Assembly: GCA_963662315.1 (NCBI GenBank)
Contig: OY759353.1
Coordinates: 3,456,001 to 3,520,000 of the forward strand
DNA: 64,000 nt
Reading direction: 5' to 3'
DNA from: Geopsychrobacteraceae bacterium
Lineage (GTDB): Bacteria > Desulfobacterota > Desulfuromonadia > Desulfuromonadales > Geopsychrobacteraceae
The notes below the pieces were generated by a model, which had not been told where the DNA came from, did not search any database, and worked only from the letters and a program-made list of their open reading frames with translations. Below, piece after piece: positions 53,503-62,901 of this stretch (position 1 is the first letter of the stretch; every line of letters starts with the position of its first letter). A program made the translations under genes and the position numbers.

Positions 53503-54660
53503 TTACAATCCAGGAATTTTTGCTGTTTCTTTGTTTTGCCTATCGTCTGATCGGTGCCATTGCTCACCTTTCCGAGTGAATATTCCATGCAGTTTTAGGG
53601 GATGACGAGTTGTGCGAGGGTCAAGCTCATGGAATATCGGCAAATTGAAATAGTACAGACGCGTTTCTGTTCCGAAGCGCAGCCGGCAAACCGGCAAACC
53701 ACCGAAATCGTCAATTTGATATTCAGAGCTGTCTCCTTGTGACACTTTGTGGCTCTTATGGATCATCACTGCTGAATGACCGAAGCTCAGTTCTTCTTTA
53801 CTTGGCAGACCACTGGTTTCTGCGGAAGTATTACAAAATACCGTGGTGGTATCCTTGACTCCTGGAGTGTAGGCCAGATATTCACCATAAAAGCCATTAA
53901 CCACATCGCGAAAGGCCGGGTGCTCCGGTTTTGGATTGCACTCTAAAACCATTAATAGATCAAGCCGTTGGCGACTGTTAAAAAACAATGTGTTGGCTTT
54001 GTCGATGATTGCGCTGATGTTTGACTGGTAGAGATCACGATAAACATAATCAAGGCAAATCAGGCTCATAAAATTGAAACAGTTTGGCTGACAATGAAAT
54101 AGCGGAAAAACCTTGCCCCGGTAAAGATCATACTGTGAATCGAGATGCTCCTCGCCGACAAAGGGGTGGCTTTTGGCTTGAGCGAAAACCCTGAAACGGC
54201 CATCGCTTTCCTTTACCGCAGTGATACACCAATTGGTTGGAATATCAACATTGTCTCCACTGTCGAGGTCTTGGATCACGGAGGCCAGTGCTTCAGCGTT
54301 GTCAGCGGAATAGCGCTCCAGAAACTCGCGGTATTTTATCAGAGGAATATGGTCAACTCCGAAGAAGGTGACTGTATTCGGTCGAAACCTTTCCTTGATA
54401 AATGCCAGGGCCGTATCGACGTACTCAGCGGGGATAGCAGCTTCTGGCAGGGCTAGGAAATGGCACTTTTTCAAATTACCATCACCTTCTGCCATGAGAT
54501 CGAAAATCGACTTCAGCTCATCCCATTTTTTCTGCGGGTCAGCCAGACGACAGGAAAAATCGGACATTCCCAAATGATTGGGGATTTGGCAGATCATACC
54601 GTACAAATTATGGTCGAGGGGTAGGTTGAGATTGATTTGTTTTTCAACAATATTAAACAT
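53503..54660 (-). CDS. Stand-alone carbon-nitrogen hydrolase (nitrilase)-fold protein
   Basis: Triad-like FLALPEA (Glu), QAKSHP (Lys), LICLDY (Cys), VFCN; RBS GAGGA before ATG 54660. Confidence 0.6.
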   Translation of the reverse strand: MFNIVEKQINLNLPLDHNLYGMICQIPNHLGMSDFSCRLADPQKKWDELKSIFDLMAEGDGNLKKCHFLALPEAAIPAEYVDTALAFIKERFRPNTVTFFGVDHIPLIKYREFLERYSADNAEALASVIQDLDSGDNVDIPTNWCITAVKESDGRFRVFAQAKSHPFVGEEHLDSQYDLYRGKVFPLFHCQPNCFNFMSLICLDYVYRDLYQSNISAIIDKANTLFFNSRQRLDLLMVLECNPKPEHPAFRDVVNGFYGEYLAYTPGVKDTTTVFCNTSAETSGLPSKEELSFGHSAVMIHKSHKVSQGDSSEYQIDDFGGLPVCRLRFGTETRLYYFNLPIFHELDPRTTRHPLKLHGIFTRKGEQWHRSDDRQNKETAKIPGL

Positions 54661-54720
54661 GTGTGCATTCCTCGCGCTGTTAACATCTGTGGCCGCTATT
54701 CCCATAGCCAAATTTTAGCC

Positions 54721-54774
54721 CAGAACGTGCTAAAAAGGCGACCCTTAACGTGGTTGCCTTTTTAGCACGTTCTG
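54721..54774. terminator. Long inverted repeat downstream of the YhdH gene
   Basis: cagaacgtgctaaaaaggc...gcctttttagcacgttctg. Confidence 0.75.
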
Positions 54775-54784
54775 TGTCAGAACA

Positions 54785-55786
54785 TTAACTGTTGAGCAGG
54801 TTAACCAGGGCCCGCCGCTTCAAGCCACCTGCGAGAATCGCCTGGATTTTGTCCTCTAATCCATCGAGGGTAATCTCGTCGACCATCGATTCCAGATGAT
54901 CAGGTTTCCATTCTGTTGCCATCTTTTGCCAGACTTTAAGGCGTAGTTCCATCAGTGCTTCAACCGAATCGATTCCGATCAGCCGCACGCTACGCAAGAT
55001 AAAAGGAAATACGTTGACCGGTAAATCGGGCGAGCCTACCAATCCACAACAGGTGACTGTGCCGCCATAGTTGGTCGATTTCAGTGCTGCCGATAAGGTC
55101 TCTCCGCCAACGCAATCAACCACTCCTGCCCACTTGGTTTTCATCATCGGTCGTTCCGAGCCTTCTGTAACGGTAGCACGATCTATGACATCGGCTGCGC
55201 CCAGTCCTTTGAGGTAATCAGCTTCGTCCGACTTTCCTGTAGCGGCGGTGGCTTTGAAACCTGCTTTGGCCAGCATTGCTACAGCCAGACTACCGACACC
55301 GCCCGTTGCGCCGGTTACCAGCACTGGTCCCGATTCAGGTGTCACTCCGTTGTTGATCAGTTCCTGTACCGACATAGCAGCGGTCAGGCCAGCAGTGCCC
55401 AACATCATGCTTTCTTTCAGACTCAGGCCATTCGGCAGTTTTAGTGCCCACTTGCTTGGGACCCGAATCATCTGGCTGAAGCCGCCGTCAGTTTCCATAC
55501 CCAGATCGTAGCTTGTGACGATTACTTTATCTCCGACGGCAAAGCTGCCATCACTGCAATCAACCACTTCGCCTGCTGCGTCGATGCCTGGTGTGTGGGG
55601 GAAATTGCGGGTGACACCCGGATTCCCGGTGGCAGAAAGGGCATCTTTAAAGTTGACCGACGAGTAGTGAACCTTGACCAGTAATTCGCCTTCCGGCAAG
55701 TCGTCAGTGGTTCGGGTAACAATGTTGCGGGTAAAAACTTTCTTTTCCGGCTGCTCAACCAGCAGTGCTTTAAATTCCTGTGCCAT
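54785..55786 (-). CDS. YhdH/AcuI-family NADPH oxidoreductase (MDR)
   Basis: YSSVNFKDAL, PGIDAAG, GTAGLTA, TGATGGVGS, PFILR..GIDSV. Confidence 0.92.
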   Translation of the reverse strand: MAQEFKALLVEQPEKKVFTRNIVTRTTDDLPEGELLVKVHYSSVNFKDALSATGNPGVTRNFPHTPGIDAAGEVVDCSDGSFAVGDKVIVTSYDLGMETDGGFSQMIRVPSKWALKLPNGLSLKESMMLGTAGLTAAMSVQELINNGVTPESGPVLVTGATGGVGSLAVAMLAKAGFKATAATGKSDEADYLKGLGAADVIDRATVTEGSERPMMKTKWAGVVDCVGGETLSAALKSTNYGGTVTCCGLVGSPDLPVNVFPFILRSVRLIGIDSVEALMELRLKVWQKMATEWKPDHLESMVDEITLDGLEDKIQAILAGGLKRRALVNLLNS

Positions 55787-55868
55787 GTTGTTTTCCTTTT
55801 ATTTTGGTGAATGGTTGCTTTTCGTTCTTAAATTGATTAATAAGTTAATCATAAACTATGATAAGGGC

Positions 55869-55908
55869 AAGTACCTACTTTTTTGTGTTGTAGTATCCAA
55901 AAAGATAC
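55869..55908. promoter_or_regulatory. Candidate HxlR-family operator palindromes in the divergent promoter
   Basis: AAGTA-cc-TACTT (55869-55880) and GTATC-N6-GATAC (55893-55908). Confidence 0.5.
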
Positions 55909-55930
55909 CATAGAGGAAATTTAAATAGTT

Positions 55931-56284
55931 ATGGCTGATATTGAAAATTATCGTTGTACTGTTTCCGTAACTCTGGATGTGATCGGGGGGAAGTGGAAAC
56001 CGCTTATCCTGTGGCACTTAAGCTTCAAGACTCTGCGTTTCAGCCAGTTGCAACGTCGCCTGGCGAAAGTTACACAGAAGATGCTGACCCAGCAACTGCG
56101 TGAACTGGAAGCCGATGGCATGGTACACCGGCAGGTTTACGCCGAAGTTCCACCACGGGTCGAATACTCACTGACTGAACAAGGCCAGAGTGTGGTGCCG
56201 ATTCTCGAAATGATGTGCCTGTGGGGTAAAGACTATCTGCAGGCCAATACCGGTGAAGATATCCCAATGTGTCAGATCGGCTGA
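55931..56284 (+). CDS. HxlR (DUF24) family transcriptional regulator
   Basis: C.V..TLDVIGGKWK, RFSQL, TQKMLTQQLRELE.DG, VPPRVEYSLT. Confidence 0.95.
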   Translation: MADIENYRCTVSVTLDVIGGKWKPLILWHLSFKTLRFSQLQRRLAKVTQKMLTQQLRELEADGMVHRQVYAEVPPRVEYSLTEQGQSVVPILEMMCLWGKDYLQANTGEDIPMCQIG

Positions 56285-56330
56285 TGTTTTACTGTTTTTG
56301 GGTGATTCTCTTGCCGCTTAGTCATTACGA

Positions 56331-57779
56331 ATGAATCAGTCACTTGACAATAAGGAGAAGTGTCTATTTTCAGAACAGCCATTGAGAAAACATGCAAATA
56401 CTGATAAAAATCAGCTTATGAATGATAATCTTTTAAATATGCTTAAAGACAACCTTGAATCGTTTTTAACGATTTGGACCCGTCTGATGGACGAAGCTGG
56501 TTATCTTGCCCATACCACGGCCAAAAGGCAGGACTGCATAGATTCATTCAACGGCATATTACATTCGATCGAGATGTTGGCACCTGAAAATATGGTTCCA
56601 CTATTTGGCGCCATGTTGAAGAACGCCAAACTTTCGGAAAAGTTCATGTTGCAAATTGCCCGCAATCACCGGTTGCGGGGCATCACCGATGAGATGTTTC
56701 TGGGGTGTTTCAAGACCCTTGTACATGCTTTGGAAGAGATTCTTGTGCAACTGGATGCGCCTGCGGATTTAAAACTGCAGGCAGAACTAAGAATTCGCAA
56801 GGTCTGTGATGTCCTGGAAACGATTTTTGTCAGTGACTGGGAACAGACTGTCACTCATGATCTGATGGAGCAGTTACAAGGTGCCAATCGTCAGCTGACC
56901 CTGAAAAAAAATCGCTATGAAAATATTTTTCGCTGTACGTCGGATCTGGTTGTTTTAACCGACAGCACAGGTGTGATTACCGAGGTAAACCCTGAAACAG
57001 AAAAGTACATTAATAAAGCGCAGTTGATCGGTCATCCATTTTGGATCGTTCTTGATCTTGCTGGAAACAATTTAGAATCAATTCTTGAGCGTTATTCGAT
57101 AGAAGAGGTGCACGAAGTTGTTTCCAGGAACGGTCAATATGTTTTTAATCTGAATATCGTTCCCTTGCAGAGGGTTTCCCTGGCTTCGCAGGGATTTATG
57201 CTCATCCTTACGGACATCACAATTCTGGTTAATCATCGCCAGGATCTGGAAAAGCACGTTGCAGAAAGAACTGCTGAGCTGCAGCACTCGCAGTACCTGT
57301 TGAGCCAGGAGAAATCACAGATTGAAGAGATGAACGTTACATTGCGGCATGTGATGACAACGATAGAATCAGATCGTTTGGAACGGGAAAAAACAATTTC
57401 CAGAAAAATTCGTACAACCATCCTGCCCGCTCTGGAAAAAATTAAAGACGAAGGCAGCTATGATGTCCGTTCAAATTTTGTCGATTTAGTCCGCGAGCAA
57501 TTACTTTCCCTGACCGCCGGGTTTGGGTCAGCGTTGGACTCTGATATGCTTAAACTCAGTCGAACCGAAATCCGCATTTGTCAATTTATTCAAGCCGGTT
57601 GTTCTACCAAAGAAATCGCCGAAGCGATGAATTTGGCCTTCGACACAATCAGAACCCACCGTAAAAACATCCGCAAAAAACTTGGTCTCCAAGGAACCGA
57701 TACCAATCTCTATACTTTCCTTTCAAATCGCAATTGTAACATTGAAGACACTGTCGGAGAAGACTCATGGGGTATGTAA
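56331..57779 (+). CDS. PAS + LuxR-HTH transcriptional regulator with helical (globin/RsbRD-like) N-terminus
   Basis: PAS (DLVVLTDSTGVITEVNP), coiled coil, LSRTEIRI..G.STKEIAE.M..DTIRTHRKNIRKKLGL; start may be 56418. Confidence 0.85.
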   Translation: MNQSLDNKEKCLFSEQPLRKHANTDKNQLMNDNLLNMLKDNLESFLTIWTRLMDEAGYLAHTTAKRQDCIDSFNGILHSIEMLAPENMVPLFGAMLKNAKLSEKFMLQIARNHRLRGITDEMFLGCFKTLVHALEEILVQLDAPADLKLQAELRIRKVCDVLETIFVSDWEQTVTHDLMEQLQGANRQLTLKKNRYENIFRCTSDLVVLTDSTGVITEVNPETEKYINKAQLIGHPFWIVLDLAGNNLESILERYSIEEVHEVVSRNGQYVFNLNIVPLQRVSLASQGFMLILTDITILVNHRQDLEKHVAERTAELQHSQYLLSQEKSQIEEMNVTLRHVMTTIESDRLEREKTISRKIRTTILPALEKIKDEGSYDVRSNFVDLVREQLLSLTAGFGSALDSDMLKLSRTEIRICQFIQAGCSTKEIAEAMNLAFDTIRTHRKNIRKKLGLQGTDTNLYTFLSNRNCNIEDTVGEDSWGM

Positions 57780-57810
57780 GTATACCCCAAATTACCCCCA
57801 TGAATCCTCC
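57756..57810. promoter_or_regulatory. Candidate operator (TACCCC half-sites) upstream of the oxidoreductase operon
   Basis: TGGGGTAT-N6-ATACCCCA palindrome plus an extra TACCCCCATGA copy. Confidence 0.5.
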
Positions 57811-57863
57811 TTCCCTGTTTAGATTAAGGTGTTTAAATTTGGAACAAGATTTAGGAGGTTCAG

Positions 57864-58451
57864 ATGAAAGATATCCCTCAGGGACGGATTCAGTTTTCGT
57901 CGAAGCATGAAGAGATCGGCTGTTGTCTCAGGAATTTTTTCATTTCTGCCGACAGTAATGATCTGCTACAGACCTATGAAACCATGGGGACCTGTGTTGA
58001 TCTCCCCCCTATTGCCTGCAGCGAATCTTTCGAGTTTGCATTCAACCGCCTTTTCGTTGGGCCCCTGGCTCCGGTCGCCCCACCATTCGCCTCCGTGTAT
58101 CTTGACCGTGATAAATTGGTTATGGGGCCGTCGACTCTGGATGCCCGCGATCTCTATGCTGCTCTTGGCCTGAGTTCTCCTTGGGAGGGAAGCATTCCTG
58201 ATGATCACGTCTCACTTGAGATCGATGGGTGCCTTCATCTGCGGCAACTCGTGGAGCAGAATGACAGTCCACAGCTGGCCGAACTTTATCACAGTTTTGT
58301 GGCGGAACATTTTAGCCAGTGGATCCCCAGGTTCTGTGACCGGATAATGCGTGCCAATGATGTTCCAATTTCCCTCCATGCCGTCGCCGAAACCCTGATC
58401 GAGTGGTTGAACAATGAATTAATTAACATGCCGAAAGGAGAACTCTTATGA
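57864..58451 (+). CDS. TorD/DmsD-family redox enzyme maturation chaperone
   Basis: FNRLFVGP..APPFASVYL, PDDHVSLE, HFSQWIP. Confidence 0.9.
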   Translation: MKDIPQGRIQFSSKHEEIGCCLRNFFISADSNDLLQTYETMGTCVDLPPIACSESFEFAFNRLFVGPLAPVAPPFASVYLDRDKLVMGPSTLDARDLYAALGLSSPWEGSIPDDHVSLEIDGCLHLRQLVEQNDSPQLAELYHSFVAEHFSQWIPRFCDRIMRANDVPISLHAVAETLIEWLNNELINMPKGELL

Positions 58452-60721
58452 AGGACTCAAGCTCCGAGCCGTCCTGCAAAGGTAGTCAATGCACCGTCAG
58501 CCGACGCAAGTTTCTGCAAATCCTTGCACTCAGCGGTGCCGCGGCCGCCGTTCCCGGAAGTCTGCTCAGGGCGGCAATGGCAGAAGCCGGCGTCACTTAC
58601 GAGGAAGCTTACGATATTTTTCGTAATGCCTGTCCACGGAACTGTTTTGACACCTGCAGCATCAAGACATTTGTCAAAGACGGGGTTATTCAGTTTATTG
58701 AAGGGGCTAAAGAATCAAGCTTCACTGCCGGCGGCCTGTGCGTCAAAGGCTACTCCTACCCGCGTCGGGTTTACAGCCCTGACCGCATAAAATATCCGAT
58801 GGTTCAGTCCGGTCGCGGCAGCGGCAACTGGAAGCGTATCTCCTGGGATGAGGCCATCGACCGCATTGCCGGAAAAATCATCGAAATCAACGAAAAAGAC
58901 GGCAACCTGCTGGGGCTGGCTCTGGATAAGTATTCGGGGAATTTCGGCATCACCCATTATGGTGTCGAGGGGATGATGTCCTCCCTCGGCTATACGACCC
59001 GGTTTGTTGGTACGCCTTGCTGGCCCGCCGGCATAGATGCTCAGAACTATGATATGGGAGAGATGTGGTGTAACGATCCTGAAGACATGGTTAAGAGCAA
59101 TTATATTATTGTCTGGGGAGCCAATCCGGCCTGGTGCTCCGTCCACAGTATGAAGTACCTGTTCGAAGCACAAAAACGAGGGGCAAAGCTGGTGGTCATT
59201 GACCCGGTGTTTACCCAGACCGCAGCCAAAGCAGATATGTATGTTCAAGTCGATACGGCGGGTGACGGGGCGCTGGCTCTGGGGATGGCGCGCCATCTGC
59301 TTGATAAGAACATGATCGATCATCGTTTTGTTAACGATAATGCCGTCGGTTTCAACGAATTTTCCAGTTATCTGCGCGATCAAGTGACCCTGGAATGGGC
59401 GGAGCAAGAGTCTGGTGTCCCAATTGCGGTCATTCGTCAGCTTGCTGAAGAATTCGCTGGGGCCGATCCTGCAACCATCTGGATCGGGTACGGTATGCAA
59501 CGGCATACCAACGGGGGGGCTGCTGTACGCGCCATCGACGCACTGGTCGCCATGACCGGGAATATCGGCAAAGTTGGAGGTGGTGCCCGTTATGGTCATC
59601 TGCGCACCTGGGGGTTCAACTACAATGCCATGGTCAACCCGGCTCCAGAAGGTGCCGTCGGTATGGTCGATGGTGCAGCCATCAAGGGTGATTTTCATTT
59701 TATCGGTGGTGATAAAGCCAAATTTACCGATCGTCCTCTGAATATGAACCAACTGGCCCGCGAAATCCTGCAAACCAAAGACCCGCAAATCCGCATGCTG
59801 TGGCTTGCTTGTCGCAACCCGTTTAGCCAGGATCCTGATACAGCAATGCTGAAAAAGGCTTTTGATTCCCTGGAGATGGTTGTCGTTGTTGATCAGTTCT
59901 TTAATAAAAGCGTGGAGCAGGCGGATATCGTCCTGCCGCATACAACCCTGTTCGAGGAGAATACCGTTAATGTCAGCTACTGGCATTACTGGATGAGCAT
60001 CAATGAGCAGGCGATCAAGCCGTTGTACGAAGCGAAATCGGATGTTCAGATCGCAGCCATGCTTTCAAAACGAATGAATGAACTCAAACCCGGATCCTGT
60101 ACTTTCCCCACCGAGATGGATACGCAAAAGTGGCTGGAAAAAGAATTCAACCAGGGGATCTATGATTTCTTCGGGCTGAAATCCTGGAAGGACCTGCGCA
60201 ACGGTCCGGTTAAGGCAAAACTCCCCTCCAGCGCGTCCTGGCATGATCTCAAATTTAAAACACCATCTGGAAAATACGAGTTCAGTTCGGCTTTGGCGTC
60301 CGAGCATGGTCACAAAGCGCTGCCGGAGTTTACCCCCAAACGCAAAGCAACTGCGCCACTGCGACTGTTGACTCCCCACAGTAAATTCAACCTCCATTCC
60401 CAGTTTCAGAACCTGGACTATATGGAAGATTTCAATGCGGGTCCGGTGGTTTATGTTCACCCGCAAACAGCAGGTAAACGGGGTATTTCCAGCGGTGATC
60501 AGGTTCGGGTGTTTAACAACAAGGGGCAGGTCAAACTCAGTGCCCGCGTGACAGACAATGTTCCTCCCGATGTTCTGCTGATGTACGAGGCCTGGTTTAA
60601 GGACAGTGAATTTAATGTCCAGAATTTGCTCGATGATGAATCTGCCGATATGGGTGCGTTCAAGACCGGTGCACCGGGGATTGCCACGCACGACCAGTTT
60701 GCTGACATTCAGAGAGCTTAA
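58448..60721 (+). CDS. Tat-exported molybdopterin (DMSO reductase family) oxidoreductase catalytic subunit
   Basis: SRRKFL Tat motif; CPRNCFDTC..LCVKG 4Fe-4S; RISWDEA, GTPCWPAG, WGANP, ADIVLP, HSQF. Confidence 0.92.
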   Translation: MKDSSSEPSCKGSQCTVSRRKFLQILALSGAAAAVPGSLLRAAMAEAGVTYEEAYDIFRNACPRNCFDTCSIKTFVKDGVIQFIEGAKESSFTAGGLCVKGYSYPRRVYSPDRIKYPMVQSGRGSGNWKRISWDEAIDRIAGKIIEINEKDGNLLGLALDKYSGNFGITHYGVEGMMSSLGYTTRFVGTPCWPAGIDAQNYDMGEMWCNDPEDMVKSNYIIVWGANPAWCSVHSMKYLFEAQKRGAKLVVIDPVFTQTAAKADMYVQVDTAGDGALALGMARHLLDKNMIDHRFVNDNAVGFNEFSSYLRDQVTLEWAEQESGVPIAVIRQLAEEFAGADPATIWIGYGMQRHTNGGAAVRAIDALVAMTGNIGKVGGGARYGHLRTWGFNYNAMVNPAPEGAVGMVDGAAIKGDFHFIGGDKAKFTDRPLNMNQLAREILQTKDPQIRMLWLACRNPFSQDPDTAMLKKAFDSLEMVVVVDQFFNKSVEQADIVLPHTTLFEENTVNVSYWHYWMSINEQAIKPLYEAKSDVQIAAMLSKRMNELKPGSCTFPTEMDTQKWLEKEFNQGIYDFFGLKSWKDLRNGPVKAKLPSSASWHDLKFKTPSGKYEFSSALASEHGHKALPEFTPKRKATAPLRLLTPHSKFNLHSQFQNLDYMEDFNAGPVVYVHPQTAGKRGISSGDQVRVFNNKGQVKLSARVTDNVPPDVLLMYEAWFKDSEFNVQNLLDDESADMGAFKTGAPGIATHDQFADIQRA

Positions 60722-60732
60722 GGAGGTTCAGG

Positions 60733-61299
60733 ATGAAAACTCAATACGGATTTATCGTTGACAGTGAGCGGTGCATCGGTTGTTTTACTTGCGCCATGGC
60801 TTGCAAAAATCAGAATCAGACTGAGCCGGGTATCAAATGGCGCGATGTCCATCCCCTTGATGAGAGTATTTATCCACATGAGGGGCGGGCTTTCTACTCC
60901 CTGGCCTGTAATCATTGTGCACAGCCCTGCTGTATTGAAGCCTGTCCGGTCGGAGCCTATAGCAAGCGGGAGAAAGATGGCATCGTCATTCATGATCAAA
61001 ATAAATGTATAGGTTGTAAAAACTGCATTCGTTCATGTCCATTTGGGGCACCCAAATACAACGAAACCAAGCAAAAGGCGGAAAAATGTAGCTTCTGTTA
61101 TGAACGAATCGATGCCGGGCGGCAACCTGCATGTGTTCAGGGCTGCCCCACTGAAGCAATTCAGTTTGCCGATATCAACAACGAAACTGTCAAAGGAATG
61201 ATCCATTATCCTCCCGGCTTTCCTGACGCCAAACGCCTTAACCCTTCTGTGCGTTTCAAGAATCCGGGTCAACCCGAAGTGATCAGGAGGAAAAGCTGA
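60733..61299 (+). CDS. 4Fe-4S ferredoxin subunit (DmsB-like)
   Basis: CIGCFTC..AC, CNHC..C..ACP, CIGCKNC..SCP, KCSFC..CV.GCP. Confidence 0.94.
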   Translation: MKTQYGFIVDSERCIGCFTCAMACKNQNQTEPGIKWRDVHPLDESIYPHEGRAFYSLACNHCAQPCCIEACPVGAYSKREKDGIVIHDQNKCIGCKNCIRSCPFGAPKYNETKQKAEKCSFCYERIDAGRQPACVQGCPTEAIQFADINNETVKGMIHYPPGFPDAKRLNPSVRFKNPGQPEVIRRKS

Positions 61300-62105
61300 T
61301 GGAACACATGGAATTGCCTTTGGTATTTTTTACAGTATTGAGTCAGGCGGCAATCGGATTGATCCTGATTAATGTCCTTTTCGGGCTTCCGGTGACAACA
61401 ACAGGCAGCCGGTTCAAAATTCCGGCTGAACCTCAGACCGCCTTTATTCTATTGCTCATCGGGTTGGGGGCGTCCATCTTACACTTGGGACATCCCTTGG
61501 GAGCGGTGCACGCTCTTGACGGACTCGGAGCCTCATGGCTGAGCCGCGAAATCCTGACCTTTTCCATTCTGGCGCTCCTGCTGGCTATCGCTGCGGGGCT
61601 AAGCCTCAAAGGGAAAAATACGGCCGCAGTCTGGATAGTTGCGGGGCTTGTCGGGATAGCCGGGGTCATTGTCCAGAGTTTTACCTATACCCCGCCAAGT
61701 CAGCCCACTTTGGCTGGCGGTGTTACTCTTATCTTTTTTATTATTACTGTGACCATCCTGGGGACAGCCTTGAATTCCTGTTATGCACCAGAAAGCAAAC
61801 AGGCGCCGCTGGCGGGAGTCCTGGGTGCAGCATTGCTCCTCGGTTTGATTCTCAATCTGCTGATACCGAGCATGTGGCTTGCCGGTCGCCCTGTTGCCGA
61901 GGCGACCGCACTGATGAACTTTTCATCACCCCTCTACTGGGCGCATCTGATCATAAGTTTCGTTCTCCCCCTCGTGGTTCTTGCGAAAACCAAACGCATT
62001 CCCGGTTGGCTGGTCGTTTTGCTCTTGCTGGGGGAACTCATTGGCAGGATCGCTTTTTTCAGCCTCGCCGTGACAACTGCTGCTCGCATCGGCCTGCAGA
62101 TTTAA
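61299..62105 (+). CDS. Membrane anchor subunit (DmsC-like)
   Basis: ELPLVFFTVLSQ.AIG, HLGHP, SWLSRE, GELIGR.AFF. Confidence 0.9.
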   Translation: MEHMELPLVFFTVLSQAAIGLILINVLFGLPVTTTGSRFKIPAEPQTAFILLLIGLGASILHLGHPLGAVHALDGLGASWLSREILTFSILALLLAIAAGLSLKGKNTAAVWIVAGLVGIAGVIVQSFTYTPPSQPTLAGGVTLIFFIITVTILGTALNSCYAPESKQAPLAGVLGAALLLGLILNLLIPSMWLAGRPVAEATALMNFSSPLYWAHLIISFVLPLVVLAKTKRIPGWLVVLLLLGELIGRIAFFSLAVTTAARIGLQI

Positions 62106-62120
62106 AGAGGAAAAGATCGC

Positions 62121-62522
62121 ATGAAACGCGGCAAATACATGACGACAAAATTTTCAGGAATTCTGCTCGCAACAATTTTACTTTGTACTTTTGCGAGCGC
62201 CTCGATGGCTGAAAATACTGTTCGTCTGGAAAAACGCGTTTTGACCGGTCAGGTTGGCAGCCCGGTCCTAATAAAGATAGTGGCTGATCAAACGGAATTG
62301 CCGAGTGGCTATATGTATTCTGCCACGGCGCAGATCCTGGCCGCACCGGACGGGGAGGAAGCAACGCTTCTGTCTGGTTATCCGACCATATATATGATGG
62401 CAACGACCCCGGGAGAATATCGTCTCGGGGTCAGAGTCAATTTGGTTGAGAAGACAACATGTGGAGGGGCTTCATTTCAACCCTTACTCAATGATGAAAT
62501 ATCGGTCTCTATAACTCCATGA
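62121..62522 (+). CDS. Small exported beta-rich protein, last gene of the oxidoreductase operon
   Basis: RBS AGAGG, signal peptide (ASASMA), Ig-like PGEYRL.V, KTTCGG. Confidence 0.6.
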   Translation: MKRGKYMTTKFSGILLATILLCTFASASMAENTVRLEKRVLTGQVGSPVLIKIVADQTELPSGYMYSATAQILAAPDGEEATLLSGYPTIYMMATTPGEYRLGVRVNLVEKTTCGGASFQPLLNDEISVSITP

Positions 62523-62901
62523 GCATCCTGGTCAGCGGCCAAGTTACGTCAGAATTCATTGACGAGGGACAGTTCCTTGCCAGTCAAACCAATGTCATTC
62601 CCGTTGCTGGAACCGACAAAACCCGCCAGGTGGTTTCTAACGCCCGACAGACTGAAGTAGCGGATAGTATGCCGCTACTTAATTCAGCAGATTCTAAAGG
62701 GTGTTCTGAAACTTAGGGTACTGGTAAACCTTCTGGATAGCTGAAGTCAATCCAGACTGATATTAGTTAAAAACAGTAATAACGCACCGGCAGGCAAGCG
62801 TTCGTTTCGCCTTGCCGGTGTGTTGCTTGTTACGGCTGAATTATCATTTAAGGCAGTAACTTTCCCTATCTCTTGCCAGTCGCTTTTGCTACCATGCGGC
62901 G

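Noticed and set aside
58715..59986. 423-aa minus-strand ORF (also 60065-60691, 24423-25061, 7077-7835 and similar)
   Set aside because: Antisense shadows of well-supported genes, with no motifs of their own
62519..62716. 65-aa ORF overlapping the previous stop codon
   Set aside because: No family features and it spans a terminator-like hairpin (aagtagcgg..ccgctactt); cannot be supported
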